Part shown: one piece after another, positions 25,723-38,034 of the stretch
How positions within the stretch are numbered: position 1 is the stretch's first letter
Layout: each line of letters starts with the position of its first letter
Assembly: GCF_963921235.1 (NCBI RefSeq)
Contig: NC_086106.1
Coordinates: 19,034,001-19,098,000 of the forward strand
From: Mobula hypostoma
Lineage: Eukaryota
Direction: 5' to 3'
Length of the DNA stretch: 64,000 nucleotides
The notes under the pieces: generated by a model
Database searches by the model: none
What the model was told of the DNA's origin: nothing
The model's input: only the letters and a program-made list of their open reading frames with translations
Program-made: the position numbers and the translations under genes

Positions 25723-26889
25723 GTAAGACCAACTTCTCAATTGTATCTTCACGTACTAGTATTTTATTTATTTACGGTTTTGGCGAATTCGGTGATTCGC
25801 CTGAAATCAGTGAAATATTTAGCGCAAGTACAGGAATCTCCCCGAACGGGCGGGTTTCTCTAGAGCCCAGTAACAGTACAAGGGTACATACCCCACCCAC
25901 CAGTGAACTGTCCACAGACCGGGAACAGGCTCAGGGGAATGGGGTCGGATCTTGTCACCAGACTGTGCCTTGACACCGGCCGATTGTGCTGAGTGAGCTC
26001 AGTGTTTGGTTCGAGTCTGGCTTCTGATCCTCAGCACCGACTGAAGCCACGTTCAGGGCTGAGCGTTTCAGTGCAGTTGAACTTGTTCCCTGTCAGTGAC
26101 AACAATGGATCTGTTCAGTGTCCAGTTATTGGGATCGGGTTTCACTGTCGGCTGCTTTCATGTTGAAGGTAATGGGATTAAGACATAATCTGAGGGAATG
26201 GTGTACACATGTATGATCTGGTTGATGGCTCAGTATCCCCAGGGTACAGGTGGGTGTCAGTCCCATCATGTAATGTCCGGCGTGAGGTCCGTCCCGGGAT
26301 ACAGCAAAAGTATCGGCGATATCTCAGGATTAATTGATGGGATTAAGCTTTTAGTTTTATTCCCTGATGGATGAGGAGGTGTGGTGCGGTGGGGAAGAAT
26401 TTTGGAGTTGGGAAGGCAGTGGGGAAATGGAGCAGGAAAGGTAAGGCAGGGAATTGAAATCACAATTCCTTCACACATTCCGGGCAGCCTTGCATTGGTG
26501 GGTGGGGGAGTGGGGAGTGGTGCAGGTGGGGTGGGGAGGGAAGCGTTCAAGTCAATAATGTGTAATAGGGGAGCATTTAAGGGAAGGTTTGTTGATGAAC
26601 GTTTGTGATCTGGAACACACTGCCTGAATGATGGTGGTGGCCAATTGTGAGTGTAGAGAGGGAACAGGAGGAGATCCACCTTTTGTAGGGATACAGGGAA
26701 GAGCAGAGAGACCAATGGGTTTATTGGGTTTGCTCAGCTAAAGGGAAGCACAGACACTATCGGATGAATGGCCTCACTCTCTGCTCTGTCATTCAATGGA
26801 ATCAGTATTTATCTTGTAAATCTGGGAAATCTTCCTCAAAGGGATTCCAACAAGCACCCCAGAGTACACAGAGCATGAGTTAAATGCAG

Positions 26890-27310
26890 ATTACAACTCC
26901 CATGTCCTAGAAAAACCTACAGCACGATGCCGGCCGTTTGGCCCACAATGCTGTGCTGAACACTACATACTTTAGAAATTACCTAGGGTTACCCTCTGTT
27001 TTTCTAAGCTCCATGTACCTATCCAAGAGTCTCTTAAAAAACCCTATCGTATCTGCCTCCACCATCATTGCCGGCAGCCCATTCCACACACTCACCACTC
27101 TCTGCGTAAAAAGCTTACCCCTGACATCTCCTCTGTACCTACTTCCAATCACCTTAAACCTGTGCCCTCTAATGTTAGCCATTTCAGCCCTGGGAAAAAG
27201 CCTCTCGCAATCCACATGATCAATGCCTCTCATCATCTTAAATACCTCTATCAAGTCACCTCTCATCCGACGCCACTCCAAGGAGAAAAGGCCAAGCTCA
27301 CTCAACCTAT
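26890..27310 (-). mobile_element. CR1 3' end fragment in J-C intron
   Basis: ORF 26979..27323(-): LGLFSLEWRRMRGDLIEVFKMMRG...FFKRLLD. Confidence 0.8.
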
Positions 27311-28445
27311 TCCTATCAGCCATGGATTAGATACAAAGACCCTTCTGCACTGTCCCATCCCTCACAGGACAGAGGCAGTAGAGATTACACTCAGTGTGAA
27401 GCTTCCCCCAACTTGTCCCATCACACATTCATGGGACAAGAGTTGAACTTTACTGTTCAAATGAACTGCTTATTCTCAATTCACAGACAGAGCAACTGCT
27501 TCAATTTCTTGCTCTCCTCCAACCCCCGACTGGATTTGTTTAACAAGTGCTTTCCTACATTAACCAGTGTTGCTGGTGATTCAGTAAAAGTGGTTGTGAG
27601 ATAAAGTGCTGACATTTACAGAGCACCTCTCATGGTGTCCCCGAGCTCTTCACAGGCAATGAAGTAGTTTCAAAGTTCAGCCCTGTTGTAGAGTCGGGAA
27701 TGTGGAGCCACTCTGCACACAGCAGAATCCACAAACTGCAAGGTGAGAACCATCAGACAGTCTGTTCTGGTGATGTTATTGAAGGAGAAATATTGTCCAG
27801 GACACCGTGGACACAGTGATCCAATGGACAGGCACAAGGTTGGATTCGGAGTGATGGGAAACAGGGCAGTACATCAAAGCAGATGAGTAGTGCAGAGGGA
27901 TGGATGAGCAGTCCACGGATACCACCACAACAAAACCGACAAATTTAAACTCAGTTCATAATAATCTGCAACAGATTTGGATCTGCGGTCAGATTTCTAA
28001 CTTCTAAATAAATGGTATTGTTTTTAAATCTGAGGTCCCATGTGCCACCTTGGCAGTAAGGGTTCAGATGACGACATTTTAAAATCTAGTCATCAGTAAT
28101 GATGACCCTTCAGTTTTACTGATGTCCCTCAGGGAAGGAGATCGCTCATCCTTACCCTTCGAGCCTATTTATGACTCCTGATCCATCAATGTGTTTGTCT
28201 CCAAATGCCCTCTGAATGGCAGCTCAGATGTGTAATTCATTCAGACTTTACCGGCAAAGCCCTGATCCCAAAAGATGAATAAATAAAACTGCCCACCAGT
28301 TGTTCATACTACCCGATGTTCCATCCACTTACTACAATACAGACTAATCAGACCGAGTCTCCCCCGATCTGCTGATTTACCATCAATCATTTTGTACAAA
28401 TACACAAGTGTCGTTTAATTGCAAATTTCTTCTGAGCTGATCCAG

Positions 28446-28695
28446 CCAGATCCAGTTCCCCTCGTCACCCCAGCACCCTGTGACCCACCCAGATCCAGTT
28501 CCCCTCTTCACCCCAGCACCCTGTGACCCACCCAGATCCAGTTCCCCTCGTCACCCCAGCACCCTGTGACCCACCCAGATCCAGTTCCCTTCTTCACCCC
28601 AGCACCCTGTGACCCACCCAGATCCAGTTCCCCTCTTCACCCCAGCACCCTGTGACCCACCCAGATCCAGTTCCCATCTTCACCCCAGCACCCTG
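28446..28695. repeat. 43-bp tandem repeat, about 5.8 copies
   Basis: Unit CCAGATCCAGTTCCCCTC(G/T)TCACCCCAGCACCCTGTGACCCAC starting at 28446, 28489, 28532, 28575, 28618, 28661. Confidence 0.95.
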
Positions 28696-29229
28696 CTGTC
28701 AGTTTGATGGGTGTTTTTATGAAGACCCAGAGGAACACTGATCCAGACAGAACTGTACTTACCACCTGCTGGTCCCGGGATGTAAAAGATCCTCAGCTGC
28801 AAATCTCACCGACTGACATTATTGTGTCTCCTGCACTGCCAACACTGAGCAGCTCAGGGAACATCTGTGGGGTGAGAAACAGAGTTAATGTTTCACATCA
28901 GTGACCTTTCACTAAACTCTGTCAGTCTGATTTCTGGCAACTACACTGTTTCAAGTTCTATTTTACTGAATTGATTTGATGAAAACAATGTGTTTTTCAT
29001 TGACTTCTACAATCCCAGAACATCCCAGAGCCTTTCCCAACCCAGCAAGTACTTCTGCAGTGTGTCTCTTCATATGGGGGATGAAACATCCAACTTGCCT
29101 GCATCTTGTTCCCACAAACTGAACTACAACATGACAATCTAGTCTGTTTGGGTGATTATGGAAGGGAATGGTCACTTTTAGCGTACAATTCCTAAAGCTC
29201 CCCACCACTGGGAAATCCTCATTTGATGT

Positions 29230-29990
29230 CTCAAAGTTCAAAGTAAAATTTATTATGGGAATACATACATGTCATCACATACAACCCTCAGATTCATTTT
29301 CTTGTGGGCATACTCAGCAAATTTATAGAATAGTAACTGTAAACAGGATCAATGAAACAGCAAGAGCATGGAAGACAATAAACTGTTGAAATGCAACCCT
29401 AAATAAACAGCAATAAATAATGAGAGCATGAATTAACAAGATAAAGAGTCTTTAAAGTGAGATTATTGTTTATGGGAACATCTCAATATTTGAGTGTAAA
29501 TATCCTCTTTTGTTCAGGAGCCTGATGGTTGAGGGGTAGTAACTGTTCTTGAACCTGGTGGTGTGAGTCCTGAGGCTCTTGTTCCTTCTGTCCTGATGGC
29601 AGCAGTGAGAAAAGAGCCTGGCCTGGGTGGTGAGGATCTTTGATGATAGATGCTGCCTTCTTATGACAGCATTTCATGTAGATGTGCTCAGTGGTTGGGA
29701 GGGCTTTACCAATTATATACTGGGCTGAATCCACTATCTTTTGTAGAATTTTCCATTCAAAGGTATTGGTGTTCCCATACCAGGCCGTAATGCAGCCAGT
29801 CATTATACTTTCCACTACACATCTATAGAAGATTGTCAAGGTTTTTGACATCATGCCAAATCTCTGCAGACTCCTGAGGAAGTAGAGGCACTGTCCTGTT
29901 TCCGCTGCAATTACATTTATATGCTGGGCCCAGGACAGGTCCTCTGAGATAGTGACACCCAGGAATTTAAAGTTACTGACTGTGCAGTAG
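29230..29990 (-). mobile_element. Rex1/Babar LINE 3' fragment
   Basis: ORF 29483..29854(-): FYRCVVESIMTGCITAWYG...KAASIIKDPHHPGQALFSLLPSG. Confidence 0.85.
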
Positions 29991-30399
29991 ATGAACAGAT
30001 AGACACAGATTACTGATGATCATCCTGATGGTCCCAGGCCTTTGGTCCCGTAACTCCCTTGTTGTCAGGGGTTGACGCTGATAAACAGCAGTGAGGTTCC
30101 TCAGACCACAGCTGACCATCCCTTTCCCCAGCTGCTGAGTACGAGGGAAGCTGACGATTCTGTGGTTTGAATGGTGCTGGCTGTGGCTGGCATTTCCAAA
30201 GTGAACCATTTACCAGTGTTCAGCCACTTACACTGGAGTCAGTCTCACAGTTCCACAGACCACTGTACCCCGGGATTTACTGAGTGACAGCTGCCACTGG
30301 AACTGTCACCACGCTCCACCACATGACACGTGGCCTTGCTGGAGTTCCCAGGATTAAACTGTGGATTCCACCTCAATGAGTCCCTCACAGACTAGACTT

Positions 30400-31830
30400 G
30401 TCAAAGGATCACAGTCACCATTCCTCTGACTGCGATTCTCGGCCTGGTGTGTCAGGAAGGTGTTTGGCTTGTAATTTCCACAGGCTCGGTGCGGTTGAAA
30501 TTCTTCCTCGGTTACACGTGTTTAATTTTGAGGCGGTGTCAGATGCATTATGTAGTGCAGAGGGTACATCAGAGGTGCAGAGGGACTTTGGAGTCCTCAT
30601 GCAAAACTCACAGAGGTTAATTTACAGGTTGAGTCTGTGGTAAAGAAAGCAAATGCAATGTTAGCATCTATTTCAAGGGGAATAGAATATAAAAGCAAGG
30701 AAATAATGCTGAGTCTTTATAAGACACGAGTCAACCACACTTAGAGTATTGTCAAGTGTTTTGGGCCTCATATCGCAGAAACGATGTGCTGTTATTGGAG
30801 AGAGTCCAGAGGAGTTCACGAGGATCATTCTGGGAATTAAGGGGTTAACATATGAGGAGCATTTGGCAGCTTTGAGCCTGTACTCACTGGATTTTAGAAT
30901 TATGTAGTGGAATCTCATAGAAACCTACCGAATGTTGCAAGGACTGGATCGGGTGGATGTGGAGATGGTCCCCTAATCTGAGGAAAGACATTCTTGCCAT
31001 AGAGGGAGTACAAAGAAGGTTCACCAGCTTGATTCCTGGGATGGCAGGACTTTCATATGATGAAAGACTGGATTGACTAGACTTATACTCGTTGGAATTT
31101 AGAAGATTGAGGGAGGATCTTATTGAAACGTATAAAATCCTAAAGGGATTGGACAGACTAGATGCAGGAAGATTGTTCCCGACGGTGGGGAAGTCCAGAA
31201 TGAGGGGTCACAGTTTGAGGATAAAGGGGAAGTCTTTTAGGACCAAGATTAGGAAAAACTTTTTCACACAGAGTGGTGAATCTGTGGAATTCTCTGCCAC
31301 AGGACACAGTTGAGGCCAGTTCATTGGCTATATTTAAGAGGGAGTTAGATATGGCCCTTGTGGCTAAAGGGATCAGTGGGTATGGAAAGAAGGCTGGTAA
31401 AGGGTTCTGAGTTGGATGATCAGCCATGATCATACTGAATGGCGGTGCAGGCTCGAAGGGCCGAATGGCCTCCTCCTGCACCTATTTTCTATGTTTTCTA
31501 TATGATGGGAGCATCCACAACTGGAGAGCACAGCCTCAAAATTGAGGGGTGACCCCTAAGAATGGAAGTAATGAGGAACTTTTTTAGTCAGCGCAGTCTG
31601 TGGAATGCTCTGCCACAGACTGTGGTGGAAGCCAGGTCCATGCGTGTATTTAAGGTGGAATTTGATCATTTCCTGGTCTGTCAGGGTATCTCAGGATATG
31701 GTGAGAAGGCAGGTGTACGGGGTTCAGTGGGATCCAATCAGCCATGATGGAATGTCAGAGCAGACTCGATGGGCTGAATGGCCTAATTCTGCTCCTATGT
31801 CTTACAGTCTTATGGTCTGACGGTAGTCTG
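30400..31830 (+). mobile_element. Stacked CR1 3' fragments
   Basis: EFRRLREDLIETYKILKGLDRLDAGRLFP (31092..31313) plus further partial 3' ends. Confidence 0.75.
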
Positions 31831-32300
31831 TTCAGTTGAATTTCAGAAGCAGAGACCATTAGACACTCACCACTAAATCACACAGATGGTGTTGGAGACA
31901 AGGTACAGATATCCACACAAGGGTTACTTCTGACTCAACATCAATACTGAACAGATCAGAATTATTCAAATAAACTACTGCTAAATGTTTACTTTTTCTG
32001 TAAACTCCACCAATCTGGTGCGAATAGACTTCTAAGAATCCGGAATTATATTCGGGGAAGAGACAAGGTAAAACTTTGATATTTTGTCTGAAATCCAACA
32101 CATGGGACATTGGATGACTGTCTCATTCGGGGTCTGAGTGGGTTGTTGGGTCACACTTGTGACTGTGTGCTCAAGTCTCCACTGTGAGACTGATCCATAG
32201 CCTCCGAGTTCAGTGACACAGATTCCCAGATGAGTGTTGAAATGGTGAGAGTATTATTTAATGGAGTGAATAATTTTAGAAATTACTGGTTTATAAACTG

Positions 32301-32361
32301 TACTGTGCAAAAGCCTTGGGCACATCTATATTGCTAGTTTGCCTAAAACTTTTTCATAATA
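32301..32361. mobile_element. Tiny MITE-like inverted-repeat element
   Basis: TACTGTGCAAAAGCCTTGGGC ... GCCTAAAACTTTTTCATAATA form imperfect inverted ends (about 15/21) bounded by TA, as in Tc1/mariner derivatives. Confidence 0.45.
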
Positions 32362-32885
32362 ATATATTTCTCAATGTGGAATGGACAGTGAGTTTGTAAA
32401 TCTGGTGAGAGTAAAGGATGTTGGGAATGGTGAGGGTGGAGCGCTGCGGGACCTGTGTGGGACAGGGGACAGAGAAGGAGTGGCAGGGGCAGGGCTCGGC
32501 ATGGGTGCAGACACTCCCAACACTGAGACAACAGGCAAGGTCATTTGATTCCAAACAACTGGTTTATTGATCTTTCCAGAATGTCTCTCTGGTGCTTCCC
32601 ACTCACTCCCCTTTCCCACTCTCAGTCCACAACAGAGACCCACATCAGAATCAGGTTTATCCTCACTCACATCTGTCATGAAATTTGTTTTTTTTTTAGT
32701 GGCAGAGGTACAGTGCAATACATAAAGTTACTACTGTGTGAGGGGTGGGGTGGGGGGTAGCCCAGCTATGTGGCTAAGACTTCAGCACAGTACTGTAGTA
32801 ATTGCAGTGTATAACATGTCTCCTTCTTTGTCTGCCAGTAATGCATTTACTTACAGAAATTTCTGTGAATTTCTTTCCATTTCAG

Positions 32886-33183
32886 AGGTCACGTCCTCGC
32901 CATCAGTCTACATCACTCCTTCCTGCAACACAGAATCTGACCAAAAGATCAGCCTCCTCTGTCTGGTCAAGGACTATCAGCCTGAGAGCATCAGTCAGAC
33001 ATGGTCCACTAACAGTGGGGTCATCACCACTGGAACCAAGAAATACCCGGCAGTGTTGGGGCAAAATTCAAAGTACACGATGAGCAGCTTGCTCGAAGTC
33101 TCTGCGGCAGACTGGAAGAAGAATAAAGTCTACTCCTGCAAGGCGGGGAGTGTGACAGAGAAGTTCCCGAAAAATCACTGTTA
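32886..33183 (+). CDS. IgW: Constant exon C1 (apparent 1-nt frameshift at 3' end)
   Basis: Acceptor TTTCAG| at 32885; [14 protein letters not shown]...[10 protein letters not shown]...W...VYSCKAG; the frame reaches TAG (33182-84) overlapping the best donor GTATGA at 33184. Confidence 0.88.
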
Positions 33184-34120
33184 GTATGAGACGTAATTTT
33201 CTCTTAAAAGCTGCATTGATCTCAGAGCATATATCTGGAGTAGGAATCTTTGTCAGATAATGCTGGGCACAGCAACTAGCTCCTTTAATCTACTCTTACA
33301 ACAGTAGTACTACCCCTTACCAAAATGACATTGAGAAAAAATAAGGAATTGAAATGGGGGAAATGTCCTCCTGAACTCACTGAAACTCAGTATCAGTGGA
33401 GGGTGGAGGAAACAACTTGCGCTGATCTGCCTCCATTGTATCCACTCCTTTCGGGAGCCTCTCCACCACCCCCTCCCACTAAACCCTCCCTACAGATCAG
33501 CTCCTGTACACATACAGAGACCACTGGCCCATCGTGCCCCTGCACACAGAACAACAATTTAAACTTTACCTCACTCCTCCTGCACTTTCCCCTCCCACCC
33601 TGCAGCTGCCCCTCTTCTGGGAAAAGCAATCCCTTGTGAATGTGATGAAGGAATCCACTCCACTGCCCTTTTTTAACAACTTTTTCACAGATCTGAACAA
33701 GCCTCTACAGTTACAACAAATTAATTTCCTCCTGTCCATCTGTTCTTCTTTCTCATTGAAAGTAAAATTGTGTTTCCCAAACTTGCCAATGGAAACAGTC
33801 CCACACCATGTACACATGCTCACAGGAGCTGGTATCAGTCATTCTCCAGTAAACAATTAGATCATGGCAGGTCTGCACCTCAAACCCATGACCCACCTCT
33901 CTGCATTATCATAGCACAGTGGGACACACTGCTGGGAGGCCCAAGTTATACACCCAGCCCTCCCACTCACTGGTGTGAGCCATCAGATCGTCAGATCAGC
34001 TGTAAATTAACAACATTCTTGAGAGGGCTGGAATTGGGGAACTTGCCCAGGATGAGGGGGAATGAAGTCCAAAACTTGGGCAAAGCAATCATGTACTGAC
34101 AGATATTTATTGTGTTACAG

Positions 34121-34420
34121 CTCCGAAGCTCAGCTCCCTTGTTCCATCCCGGGAGGCAATCCACAGTCAAGGAAAGGCTGTCCTGGGCTGTGTGATATCT
34201 GGATTCTCTCCTGACAACGTTAAAGTATCCTGGAAAAAAGCTGGATCTGCCCAAGAAGGCATCGTTCTCCCTTCCATTCAGAGATCTGATGGTACATTTG
34301 AAACAATCTCTTTCCTGACAGTGACTGTGCAGGAATGGACCAAGAAACAGAAATATACTTGTGAAGTGAATCACGCACCTTCCGGTTTCAGTGGTCAGGT
34401 CAACATGATGTATGAAGGGG
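34121..34420 (+). CDS. IgW: Constant exon C2
   Basis: Acceptor TTACAG|; PKLSSLVPS...LGCVISGFSPDNVKVSW...YTCEVNH...YEG; phase-1 donor G|GTGAGT at 34421. Confidence 0.95.
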
Positions 34421-35101
34421 GTGAGTGATATCGGAAGAAAAATTAATTAACTTAGAGTACTAAAATACTGAACTAATACTCCCACACAATTCCTCTCCCT
34501 ACCGTCAATCTTGTTGAGTGACGTACAGATGATCTTTACACTTTGAATCAACTCATTTCACCAGCAGCTTTAACCCCATCTACTGGGCAGGAAAGGTGTA
34601 AGATTAGGTCACCTGTCCATTCTGTCTCAATAATTTTAGTTGTCTTTGTTTGTAGTTATAAATAAAATAAGCTAGTGAGCAAAGCTCACGTCCCAGGCTT
34701 TACCATCTGGAGAAGATCTCCCTGTTCCCTTTTCACTGTCTTCTCATTTTAGTTCTTCTAAAAATATCTCTGCAATTTTGCATTTGCTTCAGTCTCCAGA
34801 GTCTGTTTCCAGTGTATCCTGAGAGACTCTTCTGTCGATTGTCCACTCACTGAAATGTAGGTGCCTGGATTATTTTTGAATTGATGCCCAATCCTCCAGT
34901 GAATGTTGTGACCTTGTGTCCTCAGATCCTCGGCCAGGTTCAGAGACAACATGCATTTATCATTGCTGACATAACCTCATCCCGATAGGATGTGATTTAC
35001 AGAGGATAGAAAGTGGGAATATGTGGGGCTCCCTTTTTCCCAAGCATGGGAAAAGAGGTGAAAATATCTAACAATTAAATCTATGAATCTTCCGTTTCCA
35101 G

Positions 35102-35223
35102 GTCCCGACTGTTTTCCGAAGCCTGTGGCAATGTTCTTTCACCAGAATAATCTCAATGCAACATTCTCCGATGGTTGTACCCAAGATTATCATTGTTCAG
35201 CAATAAAGTGTGAAATAAAGTGA
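35102..35223 (+). CDS. IgW: Cys-rich secretory exon of the short IgW form
   Basis: Acceptor TTCCGTTTCCAG|; phase 1 from C2 gives GPDCFPKPVAMFFHQNNLNATFSDGCTQDYHCSAIKCEIK*; 4 Cys, N-A-T sequon; AATAAA at 35202 and 35214. Too short for the ORF track. Confidence 0.9.
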
Positions 35224-35339
35224 TTGGCTGTGTACAATTCGTCATTGAATTTTATTACAATCCATTTACTGGATTCCAGACCTGCCTCTGGTATCCATTG
35301 GGATTGAAGTTTAACAGAGAGAGAAGAAAACACGATTCA

Positions 35340-35990
35340 AACTGACTACCTCTCCAATTGCATTTCTATTATCCTCGTGGCCACCTATTTCAATTTGACT
35401 TCCCATTCCCATTCTGACATGTCTGTCCATGGCCTCCTCTACTGCCATGGTGAGGCCAAATTCAGGTTGAAGTAGCAACACTTCATATACCAACCCGATC
35501 CCATGAATACTTATTCCTTAACTTGCAGTAATAGTCCCCACTCCTTTATTCTCCATTTTATTCTATTCCCCATACTAGACACCCCCTCATCCCTTCACTT
35601 CTCCTCACCTGCCCATCATCTCCATTTGGTTCCCCTCCTCCTGCACTTTCCTCCATGGTCCACTGTCCTGTCAGATTCCTTCTGTTTCAGCCATTTATCT
35701 CTTCCACTTATCCCCAACCAGCTTCTTATTTCATACCTCTCTCCCGTCCACACACTTTCCCCCTCACCTGGTCTCACCTCTCATCTGACAGAATGTATTC
35801 TTCCCTACTCCACCCACCTTCTTATTCTGGCTTCTGCCCACTTCCTTTCCAGTACCAGTGAAATCTCTTGGCCCAAAATATCGACTGTTTATTTCCATTC
35901 ACAGATGCTGCCTGACTTGCCGAGTTCCTCCAGCATTTTGAGTGTGTTGTTCAAGATTTCCAGCATCTGTAGAATCTCTTGTGTTTCTGG
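35340..35990 (+). mobile_element. Penelope-like 3' fragment
   Basis: GTGGCCACCTATTTCAAT...TCCCATTCTGACATGTCT...GGCCTCCTCTACTGCCAT parallels the element at 4.4-5.4 kb, followed by a pyrimidine-rich tail. Confidence 0.6.
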
Positions 35991-38034
35991 TTGTCCATAC
36001 ACTCATTCATTTGTGTACATTGTTGCTTCAGTGTGACTCAGATCCCAATTCCAGTTTCCTTGGCCAGATTCCCCTTGTCTAACTCCAGTCAACAAGAACT
36101 GGAACCTGTTTTTCACCCAATGGCTGTGAGGCACGAGGTGATGAAGGTGAACGGGGCTGAATTTCCAAATTGACTCAGTCAAAGGACGGATGACCCTTTG
36201 ATAATTCTGGGAACAAGACAAATTTGTGAGACAAGACTCAGGGGTCTAACCAGTCTCCTGTCCAATCTGACATGCTTTGTGTGTAAATCCTGGATCAGAC
36301 AAATTGCTAAAGTTACATTCATCCACGTGTCGGACACTGAATTCAGTCCAAGAGGGAAATTCAGTGACTCTAAGGAATGTCACAAAGGAGAATGTTTTGT
36401 TGGAATTACCCAAGCATTGACAGAATTATACGCTTCTTGTGGAATAACACCAGCATTCAGTAATAAGGGGAGCGAACTTGACTCGGTCAGGTTTTATGAG
36501 GGGACCGCATTTCCCAGGGACTGCTGAACATCAAGACTGTGCTGATATGGGACATAACTGAGAAACCTGCAGAAAACATGTTTAACAACATCACAGTGCT
36601 GATTAAACTAAGATTCATAATTCAATGAGCATTCAGTGTACACCTAGGTTTGCATATTTGTGGTATTACTCGACAACAATGGTCACCTGGACTATACCCA
36701 CGGACTTTCTGTTTTGAAAGAAAATTGCTCATAATCTTACTGACATGAGAAAGGTGAAGAAATACACATCACACCTTGTCGGAAGATCCGGCCCAGTTAT
36801 ACTGGAACTGTGTGTGTTACGTCTGCTCTTTCTTCAGAGAAAGACACTGACTCACAGTCTCATTGAAGGTCTCAGCCATGACACAAACACAATCAGCCTC
36901 TACACTAAATGTCAAAGAGCAAAAACACCCCACGTGCCTGAAGGTGACCGAGTGTGTAAATGGTGAACACAAAATGCAGAGAGCTGCAATGTAAGTGAAC
37001 TGACGATCGTGCATTGGGAGACGACCTCAACAACTTCACTTGAGTGCAATCACACAAAACCGACACTAACCCAGAGGACAGGTGACCCAACACTTGATCA
37101 AAGAGCTGTTTTATTCATTTATCATTTCCCGTCAATCACTGATCTCTCTGGAACTGAGGGACTTGCTGCCTCATTCCTGATGGTGATTCAGCTCCAGCCG
37201 TGTTGCTGCAGGTCTGGAGTCACAAACCAGCCAGACCAGACCAGACTTCTCTCCGGAAATTACCACAGAGAATAACACTACAAATACCTCCGTAGTCTTC
37301 TTTTTATTCCAAAAAAACATTTCTGAATTGAATTTAAACTCCCATCCACCGGGTTGGATTTGAACCCATTTTGCCAGTTCATCCGTCCCTAACTTATGGA
37401 TACACTCTGACCATGGCTGCTCATTTCAAGTGAGACAGAGGTTTCAGTGTTTGTCAGCAAGAATGCTAAAACCACAGGCACCAGCAGAAGTAGTGCAGGT
37501 GTATGAGTGAGCAGAGTTGAAAGGATACGATGTTGTCTGAAGCTCGTGTGGGTGGTGAAGGTTGCAGAGATGAGGAGAGGCACAGCCACAGTGAGACTGG
37601 AATGTCGGGATGTGAAGTTATTAAACTGAGTGAATCCCAGGCTCAGCCCAGATGGAGAAAGGGATTCTCATTGATTCACAGTGTTCATTGTTACTACTCA
37701 ATGGCACTGAGTCTCCAAGCAAAGAATATACTGAGCTGTGTCTCTGCTGAGAAATCTGCATGCTTCTCTGTCTCACAGAGCTCCGTCTCACAGTGAACCG
37801 ATTGGTACAGTTATTAGAAAGGGATTCGAAACCTCGTTAGCACATCCTTTGTTCTGAATTTCTTTTCTCAATCAAACTTATAGGAATATGAGGCACGTGA
37901 CTCAGCCTTGGGTGTTTCTGTTATTCCGTTTGCATTAAATGCAGCTGTCAAGTACTGATGATCTGCCTGAACCTAACACAACCAATGGAAATATCTCCAG
38001 TAAGATTCTGAGCATTTCCATTTCTAACCCACAG

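Noticed and set aside
27803-27839. Back-to-back heptamers CACCGTG-GA-CACAGTG in the J-C intron
   Set aside because: No convincing nonamers; lies in what looks like a SINE-derived tract, so probably incidental.
28446-28695. CRISPR-like array
   Set aside because: Head-to-tail tandem repeat without unique spacers, in a vertebrate genome.
33325-33639. Pro/Cys-rich ORF between C1 and C2 resembling a hinge (GPSCPCT, PPCSCPS)
   Set aside because: The candidate acceptor at 33495 gives the hinge-like peptide only in phase 0, incompatible with phase-1 neighbours; no suitable donor; explained by C-rich low complexity.
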